Assembly (NCBI GenBank): GCA_963841435.1
Contig: CAWJCS010000005.1
Location: 64,001-128,000, forward strand
DNA length: 64,000 nt
Direction of reading: 5' to 3'
Origin: an uncultured delta proteobacterium
GTDB lineage: Bacteria; Myxococcota_A; Polyangia; Polyangiales; Polyangiaceae
The stretch's first letter is position 1. Every line of letters starts with the position of its first letter. The translations under genes were made by a program, and so were the position numbers. Below are positions 29,747-40,005 of this stretch, piece after piece. The notes beneath the pieces are model-generated. The model ran no database searches. It saw nothing but the letters and a program-made list of their open reading frames with translations, and had not been told where the DNA came from.

Positions 29747-30955
29747 TCAGTCGGCCTGGTACACGCGCACGTAGTCAACCTCGTAGCGCACGGGGAACGT
29801 CGTGCCGCTCAAGTCGCCGCCGTTGTTGCCGCCGAGTGCGAGGTTCACGAGCAGGTACTCGGGTTGGCGAAACGGGCTGTCGCCGCCCGGATTGAGCATG
29901 TCGGCGAGATTGGACGTGTTCATCAGCTGATCGTCGAGGAAAAGGTCGATTTTGGTGTCGTCCCACACCATGGCCCACACGTGGAATTTCGACGACCAGT
30001 CGGGATCACCGAACGACGTGATGGCCTTCGTGACCGAATCCCACTTGGCCGTGTAGCGAGTGCTCGTGCCGCACGCGACATTGGCGAGCACCTTGCCCTG
30101 GTAAAATTCCATGATGTCGACCTCGCCGTTCGAGGGCCACTCGCCGCTGACGCCGAGGCTCCAGAACGCGGGCCACATGCCCGCCGACGTGGGAATGCGG
30201 CCGCGCATCTCGAAGCGACCGAACTGGAAGCTGTGCTTGCCGCGGGTGTGCAGGCTGCTCGACGTGTACTCGGCGTACTGCCGGTTCGTCTTCCAGTCGC
30301 TCGAGCCCGCCTGGTAGCTCGGGTTCGGCAAGCGCTCCTTTCGGCCCTCGATGACGAGCAGCCCGCCCTCGACGGTCGCGTTGTCAGCCTGGTAAAACTG
30401 ATCTTCTTCGTTTCTGACGAAGCCGGTTTCGAAGCTCCAGTTGGCTGGATTCGGCGGCCCGTCGACGTCGAACTCGTCGCTCCACACGAGGTGGTAGCCG
30501 GGCGGCGACGGGATGCCGCCGCCTCCGGCCGTGGCCCCCGCGGCGCCACCCATGCCGGCGCCTGCGCTGGCGGAGCCCGCGGCGCCGCCCAAACCACCCG
30601 CTGCCGAGCCGCCAGCACCGAGCCCCGCCTGACCACCGCCGCCCGCGCCGCCCGGCGCGTCGCCACCCGCACCGGAAACACCACCGCTACCGTCGCCGCC
30701 GGAACCTGCGTCGCCAGCGGTGCCAGCCGTCGCCCCGCCCACGCCGCCCTGCCCGCCGCCGGCCGCAGCGGCGGCGCCGCCGGCAGTACCGCCGGTGCTC
30801 GCGCCGCTCGTGCCGCCCGCCACCGCGGTGCCGCCCGTTTCGCCCGTGCCTCCGGCACCGCCCGTCTCGATGGTTGAAGCTCCATCCGACCCGCACCCCA
30901 CGGCGAGAAGCAGCGCGAGAAACGCGTAGCCGTGGGTCAGATCGACGCAGCGCAT
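29747..30955 (-). CDS. GH16 beta-glucanase lipoprotein
   Basis: Lipobox AVGC, Gly-rich linker, LVWSDEF, WPAFW, catalytic GEVDIME, VDYVRVYQ. Confidence 0.93.
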   Translation of the reverse strand: MRCVDLTHGYAFLALLLAVGCGSDGASTIETGGAGGTGETGGTAVAGGTSGASTGGTAGGAAAAAGGGQGGVGGATAGTAGDAGSGGDGSGGVSGAGGDAPGGAGGGGQAGLGAGGSAAGGLGGAAGSASAGAGMGGAAGATAGGGGIPSPPGYHLVWSDEFDVDGPPNPANWSFETGFVRNEEDQFYQADNATVEGGLLVIEGRKERLPNPSYQAGSSDWKTNRQYAEYTSSSLHTRGKHSFQFGRFEMRGRIPTSAGMWPAFWSLGVSGEWPSNGEVDIMEFYQGKVLANVACGTSTRYTAKWDSVTKAITSFGDPDWSSKFHVWAMVWDDTKIDLFLDDQLMNTSNLADMLNPGGDSPFRQPEYLLVNLALGGNNGGDLSGTTFPVRYEVDYVRVYQAD

Positions 30956-31057
30956 GTCCGGAATGTAACCGAAGACGCGAAGCGCGCCCAACGAGACCTC
31001 CTGACACAAAGGAGGAATCTGGCTAAGACGCGGTTTCAGCCAAAGCAGCAACCCGCG

Positions 31058-32716
31058 GTGTGGAAAGAGATTCGAGCGTTCGTCACCCGGCAGCGCGAAG
31101 CCTTCGTGGCGGCGTCGCCGTGGGAGCGCGCGCGGCTCGTGCTGATGGCGCTGGCCATGCTGTTCGGCATCTTCCTTCGTGCACGCGGCCAGCTCTGGTC
31201 CGTCGAACCGTTGTGGCTCGACGAGGCGAGCGGCGCGCACGATCTGCTCGGGTTGCCGCTACGCGAAATGCCGCTCCGGCCGCTCGGCTTTCTCGCTCTC
31301 ACCAAGAATCTCGCGCATTTCTTCGGGCCTAGCGAGCCCGTGCTCCGGGCGCTGCCCTGGGCCGCGGGCGTCGCCTCGGTTTGCCTCTCCCCATTGCTCG
31401 CGGCGCGCCTCTACTCCGCGCGCGGCGCGCGCCTCCTGTTCGTCGTGATCATCGCGCTGCACCCCGCGGCCATCGATCTCTCGAAGGAGTTCAAGCCCTA
31501 CTCGATCAGCCTGTTTTTGCACCTCGTGCTGGCACTCCTTGCGCTGCGCTACGCCGACGAGCGGCGCACGGGGGATCTCGCTTGGGCGCTCGCTTTCGCG
31601 ATCTTCGGCACGTTCTACGCGCAGGACATCGCCTTCGCCTACCCCGGCTTCTTCTTGCTCCTGCTCGGCGCGACGCGCGGCTCTCGTCCCCACCGTTCGG
31701 CCGTGCTCGCAGGGGGCGCGCTCACGGTCGCAGTGCTCGTCGGCGAGTACTTCTTTCTCTGGAGAACGCTCTCGGAGCCCGCAGAAAGCGCATTCTGGGG
31801 CGACAAGTACGGCGTGTTCCATCGCGCCGGCAGCGGAAGCTACCTCGGCTGGTGGTACCCGCGGCAGCTCGACCTGTTCGCCTTCGCCGGCTACCGGCGG
31901 GCCGTGTGGCGCGCGCCCTGGCCGGACCGCAGCACGCTCCGGGCGCTCGCCGAGGTCGATCGAACGATCTGGGTGGCGCTCGTCTTCGCCGGGCTCGTGA
32001 CGCTCGCTCTCGGACGCCGCAGACGCGAAGCGCTCGTGCTCGTGCTGCCGCTCGTTGCGCTCTTCGTCGTCAACGCCCTCGGTCACTGGCCGTTCGGCGT
32101 CTTTCGTACGAACCTTTTCGCGCTGCTCCCGAGCGCTGGGCTTGCGGCCATGGCCCTCGACCGGCCGCTCTGGCAGAGGGAACGCCTCATGGCGTTGCCC
32201 TCCCTGTTGCTCGTGCTCGTGCCGCTCTTCGCGTTCGATCGACGACTGAACGACCACAAGCGCGTGATGTGCCATAGCTCGGGCGGTCCCGAGCTCCTCG
32301 CGGGCTTGTTGCACGCGAAGAACGTCGTGACGGCGCAGCGCGTGCCCCTCCTCATCGATATCAGTGGTTGCCGGCTTTACGACTACTATCGGAACACTCA
32401 TCCGGGCAGCAAAGGCAGCCTCGGGCCGGCCCTCGAGGCAAACTTCGTGACGCGGTGCTTCAAGCCGCCGGTCTTGATTCCGGAGCTCTTGCGCACGGCA
32501 AAGGAGAGGCCGGGCCCGCTGTTCGTGCTCGATACGTCGTCGCGCGTGAAGAAGACCATCCGGGCGGCCTCGCCCTTTTATGATCTCACGGAGCGCCACC
32601 AGCTGCGCGGGCAAGTGGCGCTGGGGTTCCGGCAGCGCCGCATGCCGGAGCGTCCGCCGGCACGCAAGCGGAGCCCTTCGCAGGCGCCGTCCGAAACGCG
32701 ACGGGGCATGCCTTAG
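31058..32716 (+). CDS. Polytopic GT-C type glycosyltransferase (PMT/ArnT-like)
   Basis: LWLDE first-loop motif, SEPVLRALP, EFKPYS, many TMs; start uncertain. Confidence 0.75.
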   Translation: MWKEIRAFVTRQREAFVAASPWERARLVLMALAMLFGIFLRARGQLWSVEPLWLDEASGAHDLLGLPLREMPLRPLGFLALTKNLAHFFGPSEPVLRALPWAAGVASVCLSPLLAARLYSARGARLLFVVIIALHPAAIDLSKEFKPYSISLFLHLVLALLALRYADERRTGDLAWALAFAIFGTFYAQDIAFAYPGFFLLLLGATRGSRPHRSAVLAGGALTVAVLVGEYFFLWRTLSEPAESAFWGDKYGVFHRAGSGSYLGWWYPRQLDLFAFAGYRRAVWRAPWPDRSTLRALAEVDRTIWVALVFAGLVTLALGRRRREALVLVLPLVALFVVNALGHWPFGVFRTNLFALLPSAGLAAMALDRPLWQRERLMALPSLLLVLVPLFAFDRRLNDHKRVMCHSSGGPELLAGLLHAKNVVTAQRVPLLIDISGCRLYDYYRNTHPGSKGSLGPALEANFVTRCFKPPVLIPELLRTAKERPGPLFVLDTSSRVKKTIRAASPFYDLTERHQLRGQVALGFRQRRMPERPPARKRSPSQAPSETRRGMP

Positions 32717-32761
32717 CCTCGAGCTTGGCGACCGACCCCGCCGAGCGCGGGCGCGGGTGCC

Positions 32762-35700
32762 TCAGGCAACGTCCGCGGCATCGTTGCGGATCTCGAGCCG
32801 CTTCATCATCTTCTGCAGCCCGAAGCGCGACACACCGAGCAGCTCCGCCGCGCGCGTCTGGTTGCCGCTCGTGCGACGCAACGCCGCCCGCACGAGCTCG
32901 ATCTCGAGCGCGTCGACGCGGTGACGCATGTTGAGACCATCCGCGCGCGCCACCTCGCCCGCCGTGCGCGCGCGCACCTCGGCGCTCAGGTGATCGACGA
33001 GGATCACGTCGTCCGAGAGCACGAGCGCCCGCCGCACCTCGTTCTCGAGCTGCCGGATGTTGCCGGGCCAGGTGAAGGCCGACAGGGCATCGAGCGCTGC
33101 GCGCGAAACGCGCACGCGACGGCCCATGCTGTGCTGCTTCACGAACTGCGCCACGAGCAGCGCCACGTCGCCCGTGCGCTCGCGGAGGGGTGGCACGCGC
33201 ACGGAAATCACGTTGAGCCGGTAGAAGAGGTCCTCGCGGAAACGACCCTCGCGCACGAGCTGCTCGAGGTCGCGATGCGTCGCGCCGATGATCCGAACGT
33301 CGACGCGCCGCGCGGATTCCGAGCCGACCGGACGGATCTCGCCGTCCTGCAACGCGCGCAGGAGCTTTGCCTGCATGCCGAGGCTCATCTCGGCGATTTC
33401 GTCGAGGAATAGCGTGCCACGGTGCGCCACCTCGAACAGGCCCGCGCGCGGCCGCACCGCGCCCGTGAACGCGCCGCGCACGTGACCGAACAGCGTGGAC
33501 TCGAGCAGCGTCTCGGGCACGGCTCCGCAGTTTTCCGAAACGAACGCGAAGCCGCCGCGCGGACCGTTCGCGTGGATGGCACGTGCCACGAGCTCCTTGC
33601 CGCTCCCTGACTCCCCGCTGACGAGCACGGGCACCTCCGACAAGGTGATCCGATCCACCACGTGGAGCAGCGAGCGCACGGGCTCGCTGTCCCCGACGAT
33701 GGAATCGTAGGCGAAGCGCGTGTTTCGGCCCTCGGTGGCCCGCGCGAGCTCCCGCTCCGCGACGTCTAGCTCGGCCTCGCGCCGCGCGAGCTCGCGTGAC
33801 AACCGTGCCTCGGCGCGCTCGGCACGCCGCGCCGCGCGCCTGAGTAGGAGCTCGGCCCGCGCATCGGCGATGGCCACGGCCGCGAGCGTCGCGACGAGCC
33901 GCACCCAGCCGAGCTCCGACGGCCCGAAGGCTCCCCGCCGTACGCGATCGTCGAGATAGACGACACCGAGTGCCTCGCCGTGCGCGATGAGCGGCACCGC
34001 GAGCACGCTGCGCAGCTTGAGCGCGTGCACGCTCTTGTGCACTTCGGGCAGATCACCCGCCGCGTCGACGGCCACGACCGGCTCGCCAAGCTCGAGAGCG
34101 CGCTCGGCGAGCGTGCAGCTCAAGGCGAGCTGCTCGCTCGTGAGATCGGCGCGCGAGAGGTTGCGTGCGACCCGAGGGCGGAGCTTTTCGCCCGGCGCAC
34201 GAAGCAGCAAGAGCCCCCGCTCGACGCCCGTCCACAGCACGAGCGCGTCGACCACCTGCCTCAGCAACGTTTTCAGGTGATCGCGACGTCCGAGCGCGCG
34301 CACGAGCGCCTCGACATCGGCCATCTGCGCGGCCGACAGCAGGCTCTCGCGACTCACCGCGGCCGTGGCGCGCACCCAGGGCAGGCTGTCGAGCGCCTCG
34401 GCAAGAGCGGGCGGCGAGCGACGCCGCATCTCGCGCGCCGCGTCCGCGGCGGCGAGCGTGAGCCGGCGCGCCATGTCGCCGTCGCCGACACGAGCCGCGA
34501 GGCGCGCCCCCGCCGCGAGCGCCGGACCACGTGCGACCACGGGCCCCGAGGCGAGCGCTGCGAGCTCGACGAGCACCTGCTCGGGACGGCGCGGCTCGGT
34601 GCGCCCGGCCTCGAGCCGCGCTCGCGCGCCCCACCACTCGAGCCGAGCGTCGATGGCCGTCGAGGGCAAGCGCGACAGCGCGTCGAAATGCGTCACGTCG
34701 AGGTCGGGCTCGCCGTGCGCGAGCAGGCGCGCAGCGCAGCGCAGGGCGTCGTCGTCGCCGGGCGGCAGCTGGCCCAGCGCGAAACGCGCGTGCTCGAGCG
34801 CCTCGAGATGCGGCGGCTCGTACAGGTCCGCGAGCACGAGATGGGCGAAGCCGACGCAGCGCCGATCCCCGGCTGCGCGCGCGCGCTGAGCCGCCTCGAG
34901 CGCCGCCTCGCGCGCCTCGTCGAGCGAGCCTGCCTCCGCGTGGCTCGAGGCGAGCGACAGCGTGGCGCGCGAGGCCTCCACGCGTCGCCCGAGCGCTTCG
35001 AACAGCAGCACGGAACGGCGCGCGGCGGCGATCGCCGTGCCGAGCTCGCCGAGCACGCTCGCGGCAGCGGCGACACCCGTCAGGTAAGTGGCTTCCTCGA
35101 GCACGGCGTGCGCGCGACCGGCGTGCTCCGCCGCCGAGCGGAACGCCGCCAGCGCGGCCTCTCCGTCACCGGCGGCGTGCGCCACGTTGCCGCGCACGGC
35201 GTCGATGCGGCCGCGCTCCTCGTCGCCGACGGCGACGGCCCGCGCGCGCTCGGTGAATTTCGAGCGAAAGCTCGCGTTCCCCGAGGGCGAGTGCCGCGAG
35301 CGCGCGCGTCTCGAGCACGGGGGCCGAATCGGGCTCGTCGGTGAGCAGCGCGGCGGCCTCGCGTGCGTCGCCGCGATCGAGCAGGAGTCGCGCCAACGTC
35401 GCCACGGCGCGGGCGCGCGCGGCCGCCGCGGGCCGCCCCGCGAGCACGGCCTCGACCGCTCGCTCGGCGGCCGCGTGATCACCGGCGCGCCGGTGGATCT
35501 CGGCGCGCTCGGCGAGCACCTCATCCCCCGAAAGCCGTTCGAGCACGCTGAGCGCGCGGCCCATCTGGCCGCGGCGCCGGAGCACCCGCGCGAGCGCGAG
35601 TCCGAGCGCGAGCGACGCCCCGGGCGCCTCGAGCCGGAGCTCGACCTCGTCGAGCAGCTCGGCGTCGGCCATGCCCTGCTCGAGGGCGAGCGCGAGCTCC

Positions 35701-36936
35701 ACCGGGTCGACCCCGGCGCGCGAGCGGGGCGCGCTCGACGCGGGCGCCATCAAATCCGCGACGACGAGCGATTCGGGCTCGCGACGCTCGACGGAGGCGA
35801 GCAGCCGGTCGGCGAGCGCGCCATCGTCCGACGAGCGCAGGCTCGGCCACGTGGCGGCGACGGGCCCGACGAGCGTTGCGAGCCAGCGTGCCTGCCCCAT
35901 GGGCGAGAGGTCACGCAGCCGCGCGCGACCGGTGGGCGGCGTGTCCGAGCGCAGGCCCGCGATCGCGCGCGCGAGCACGAGCGCCTCCCCGAGCCAGCGC
36001 CCAGGCTCCCCCTCGACGGCGACCTCGACCTCCTCGGCGCGGGCCGCCTGCAAGATCTCGTCGCGACGCACGGCAAGGTAGGCGCGCCGCACCGACGCGC
36101 GGCGACGCACGAGCGCGTCGGGCTCCGACTCGACGGCACCGAGCAAGACCCGAGCGCGGCGCTCGACCCAGGCCGCGGAGGGGCGCGCGCCGGGCGACTT
36201 TCGAAGCAGCGCCCGCGCGAGGCGCCCGAGCTCGTCCGGAAGCGCTTCGAGCTGCTCGGGCGTGGGGCGCTCCGCCCGCGCGACGTCCGCCGATGCCGTC
36301 TCCGCGAGCAGGAGGCCGAACGCCCAAAGATTCTCTGAGGCGCGCGTCCCCCGCGCTCTCGGCGACCTCAGGGGCGAGATAGCGCAGCGTGCCGCCCCGC
36401 GGCACGACCTCCGTCACCTCGGTGGACAGCCCGAGATCGACGAGCCGGGCGCGCCGCGGCTCACCCCCTTCGCGCGCCACGACGACGTTGGCGGCTTTGA
36501 CGTCACCGTGCGCCGACCCGGCGGCATGCAAGGCCGCGAGCGCCGCGCCGATGTCGCGGGCGATGACGAGCCCGAGCTTCGATCGCTCCTCGGCACCGAG
36601 CGCAGACGGAGCGAGCACGGTGCCCTCTGCAACACCGAGAACGAGCACGGGCGTCCCCGGTGCGATGCGCACCCCGCCCGGCAGCTCGACGGCCTCGCGC
36701 ACGACCGCGGCGTCGAGCAGCGGCGTGAGCTCCGGTGAGCTGGTCCACGCGAGGCGCGCCGCCTCGTCCGCGAAGCGCAGGCGCTGCGAGGGACCCTGCC
36801 CGATCTTGAGAGCGACCCGGCTGCCACCGTCCGCCGCGAGCCACACCGAGCTCGTGGCGCCCCCGCCGAGCCGCTGCAGCAGCGCCAACCGCCGGCGCGC
36901 GACTGTCAACTTTGTTGCCGGCTGGGATTCCCCCAT
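32762..36936 (-). CDS. Ser/Thr kinase-TPR-GAF-sigma54 enhancer-binding protein fusion (two +1 frameshifts, probably sequencing errors)
   Basis: Kinase GGGATS, VALK, HGDVKAAN, DLG, YLAPE, then DLWAFG restored by removing one base at ~36331; second shift at ~35259; GAF (LRSVLAVPL), GESGSGKE, GAFTGA, LFLDEI, FREDLFYRL, Fis HTH; corrected length 1390 aa. Confidence 0.88.
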
Positions 36937-37078
36937 ATCCCCCAAATTGTGCTGTTCTTTCAGCATCGAGTCAACCCAGATGTCAGTGGGTGGTGCCCGC
37001 TGGAACGGCTCAGCCCCAGCCGAACAAGTCAGTCTGCTCGGCCCAGCCCCCGGGCTCGGAGACGCCAGAGCGTCGGCG

Positions 37079-38173
37079 TCAGGGGCAAACGGCGCCGGCT
37101 TGGATCCAGCGCGCGATGCGCCGCACCTCATCGGCGTGGATGAAGTCCGGTGCGCCGGCGGGCGGCATGGGCTCGCCGAGCACGACGCGCTCCCTGAGGC
37201 GCGAGAGCTCGGCCTCGGACGGCAGAAGGCAGTCCTCGCCTGGTGTCCCCTCGGGGTTATTCACCGAGTAGCTGCTCTCGCACGCGTCGGAAGCGGAGCC
37301 CGGGGCGCGATACGCGCCGTGACCCGCGAGCAGTTTGTAGACGAGGTAGCTGTTATCGGGCCGACGCGGATCGATGATCGGCATGCTGGCGCCAAAGCGA
37401 GCCGGGTCTTGTAGCGCGACGCCCGTCGTGGGGCCGACCTCGGTCTCGTGGGCGACGTGGCCGATCGCGGTGCGCGAGAGCGCGTCCTCGTCACCGAGCG
37501 CGAGGCGGAGCGGAGAGCTCGGTCCGCCGTCGTGGCAGCTTGCGCAGCCGAGGTCGCCGCGAGGGCAGCCGAGGCCTTCGCAGCGGAAGATCCCCACGAT
37601 CGCTGCGCAATCCGGCGGAGGCTCGGGGCTAGGGAGCGCGCCGCGCTCGCTGCCCGTACGAAAGCTGATGGAGCGAAGCCCGCCCTCGGCGAGGGGCGCT
37701 CCGTCGATGGCGCGAAAGCCCCAATCGACGACGGCCGTCTCCGGGCTCGGCAGCGTGGGTGCGCCCGCGACGGGGAAGAGGACGCTGTAGAGCGTGTTTG
37801 ACCGCAGGGTCGCGCCGCTCGGCAGCGTGAACCGGACGACGCGCTCGAGCGGATCGTAGGTCGGTGTCATCTCCGGCAGGCGCGGATCGACGACGATCGG
37901 GTTCTTCGCGAGCCCCGTAAAGTACACGATCGATTGCCGGATCGCCGTCCGCGGCAAGAGAAAGCGGTCGAAACGAAGCTCGAGCGGCGTGTCGATGGGC
38001 ACCCCGCACACGCTTTCGCCGGGTGCGCAGTCGATGCCCGCTCCATCGGCGGGCTCGGTCGCAAGCAGGTGCAGCGACGGACCCCTCGACGGCTCGAGCT
38101 CGGGGCTTCCGAGGTCGCAACCACCCAGGCTCACGGCGACGATGCCCGCCGCCACGGTCGGCCAGCGGGTCAG
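37079..38173 (-). CDS. Lipoprotein with Ig-like domain and monoheme cytochrome c domain
   Basis: Lipobox LGGC, TEPADGA...PLELRFD Ig-like pattern, CASCH, distal MPP...IARWIQAGA; start uncertain (CTG 38173 or GTG 38155). Confidence 0.75.
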   Translation of the reverse strand: MTRWPTVAAGIVAVSLGGCDLGSPELEPSRGPSLHLLATEPADGAGIDCAPGESVCGVPIDTPLELRFDRFLLPRTAIRQSIVYFTGLAKNPIVVDPRLPEMTPTYDPLERVVRFTLPSGATLRSNTLYSVLFPVAGAPTLPSPETAVVDWGFRAIDGAPLAEGGLRSISFRTGSERGALPSPEPPPDCAAIVGIFRCEGLGCPRGDLGCASCHDGGPSSPLRLALGDEDALSRTAIGHVAHETEVGPTTGVALQDPARFGASMPIIDPRRPDNSYLVYKLLAGHGAYRAPGSASDACESSYSVNNPEGTPGEDCLLPSEAELSRLRERVVLGEPMPPAGAPDFIHADEVRRIARWIQAGAVCP

Positions 38174-38424
38174 CTGTCCGAGTAGGTGATGAGCTGGTCG
38201 CGGATGATCTGCTCGCTCACGCCCGTCTTGATGTACTCGCGCAGGCAGTCCGCCAGCGTGATGAGCACGTCGTCCACGCCGTTTTCCTCGATGATCTTCG
38301 AGAGAAGCTGGCGAGCCTCGCGGCTGTCGTCTTCCCTCAAGAATTCGCGCACTTGCTCGACGGAAATGTCGCCCTGGAAGTCGAAGTACAAGTTCTGAAA
38401 CAGGTATCGAACCAGTTCCTTCAC
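38170..38424 (-). CDS. Small acidic hypothetical protein (84 aa)
   Basis: Strong AAGGAGG RBS before GTG 38424; strongly biased codons. Confidence 0.8.
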   Translation of the reverse strand: MKELVRYLFQNLYFDFQGDISVEQVREFLREDDSREARQLLSKIIEENGVDDVLITLADCLREYIKTGVSEQIIRDQLITYSDS

Positions 38425-38526
38425 GCTGGGCCTCCTTCGCCGAGAGCCCGGAGTCATACCCACGCGGGGGATCCCGGCGCAAGCGCTTTCCCCAGTCGGG
38501 CCAGGATTTTCCATGGCTTCGCTCGC

Positions 38527-40005
38527 TCATCGGCAAATCCCGAGGGTTGGGTCGGACGGATCGTGGCAAACGAGGCACGGCCGGGCATTCTGCCGAAGCG
38601 CACGACCACAACGGCTCGCGAAGCCCGGAGGGTGCGGGCTACGGACACCCGCGCCCCCGACGGCCGCCGTGGCGTGGCACACGGCGCAATCGCGCTCGAC
38701 GTGGCAGCTCACGCACGCGTCGAGGTTCCGCTGGGCCTCCCACGCGTGATGGCCCGGCCCGCGCACGCTGTTGCTCCAGATCGACTTGGGCGGGTGGAAG
38801 CGGCCTCGACCGGCGATGTTGCCGAGCGGGCCGGACAGGGTGACGCCCGAGCGCTGGTGGCAACCGAGGCAGAAGGACTGCTCCTGGTGGCAGGAGCGAC
38901 ACGAGGGGCTGTTCGAGCGCGCTGCCACCGGGTGCTGGCTCAAAAAGTCGTTGGGATGCACGCGGCGGGGCCGCACGCGTCCGTCGTGGCAGTCGGTGCA
39001 GAAGTGCTCGGCGTGACAGCTTCCGCAGAAGCGGCTGTCGTTGGCCGCGGAGCGCTGGTGTCGCTCGACGAAGTCCGGGCCATGCTCGGCGTCGTTGAGC
39101 CAGGCAGGCGGCATGAGCTTGCCGGTCGCGAACGTGGTGCGTAGGCGCGACCCACGCTCGGTCAAGTGACAGGTGGGACAGGCGCGCGAGGGCGAGCCAG
39201 CCTTCGGGTGCTCGGCCCGGTGGCAAGAGAGGCAAGCGCGCATGCGGGGCAGCTGATCGACGGTCGCGAGCTCGAGCGAGCCGACGGCACCGTGGCAGGC
39301 CGAACAGTCCATGCCGCGCCCGACGTGTACGGCGTGATCGAAGCGCAGGTTGGGCGGCGGCACGACGATGCGCGCGACGCGCTGGCCGTCCTCGTCGCGA
39401 TACCCGACGTGGCAATAGCCGCACCGACCCGGCGCTGTTTTCCCCGCCGTGACGGGCACGGCGCGGTGGTTCGAGCCGTGACAAGCGTCGCAGCGCGAAC
39501 CCTTGGGGATCAGCGAATCGGCGCTGCGGCGGCTCGTTTTGGCTCCGTCGTGGCACGTCGTGCAGGTCGCACCGAGTGCGACATGACGCCGGTGGTCGAA
39601 GCGCACACCGAGCGCCTGCGGCGGGAAGATCACGGGGCTCGGGCCACCGTCCGAGGGTGTGGCACCGGGGGGACGAAGTTTCTCCGGTACTTTCGCGCCG
39701 CCGGGCAGCGAGTCGAGGCCGTGCACGAGCACCGCGTCCGAGGGAGCGTCGTCGAAGCTCGCGCGCGCGGCGTCGACGTCATTGGCGTCGCCGCCGCCGG
39801 CCGGCTCCTCCCCACCCGCGTCGTCGGCTCCGCCGTCGTCGAAGCTCGCGACGTCCGCACCGCCGTCGAGACTCGGCGCGGCGCGTGCGCCGGGTGACCC
39901 GCCTGGCTCGGCGCGTGCCGGCGAGAGCAGCGCGGCGACGAGCGCGAGCGCGCAGGCGACGGCAAGACCGAGCGCCGAGCTTTCGGTGCGCTCCTTGGTC
40001 GTCAT
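38527..40005 (-). CDS. Exported multiheme cytochrome c (13 CxxCH)
   Basis: Signal peptide ending ARA; 13 CxxCH motifs counted; two FDHxxH c3/c7-like units. Confidence 0.95.
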   Translation of the reverse strand: MTTKERTESSALGLAVACALALVAALLSPARAEPGGSPGARAAPSLDGGADVASFDDGGADDAGGEEPAGGGDANDVDAARASFDDAPSDAVLVHGLDSLPGGAKVPEKLRPPGATPSDGGPSPVIFPPQALGVRFDHRRHVALGATCTTCHDGAKTSRRSADSLIPKGSRCDACHGSNHRAVPVTAGKTAPGRCGYCHVGYRDEDGQRVARIVVPPPNLRFDHAVHVGRGMDCSACHGAVGSLELATVDQLPRMRACLSCHRAEHPKAGSPSRACPTCHLTERGSRLRTTFATGKLMPPAWLNDAEHGPDFVERHQRSAANDSRFCGSCHAEHFCTDCHDGRVRPRRVHPNDFLSQHPVAARSNSPSCRSCHQEQSFCLGCHQRSGVTLSGPLGNIAGRGRFHPPKSIWSNSVRGPGHHAWEAQRNLDACVSCHVERDCAVCHATAAVGGAGVRSPHPPGFASRCGRALRQNARPCLVCHDPSDPTLGICR

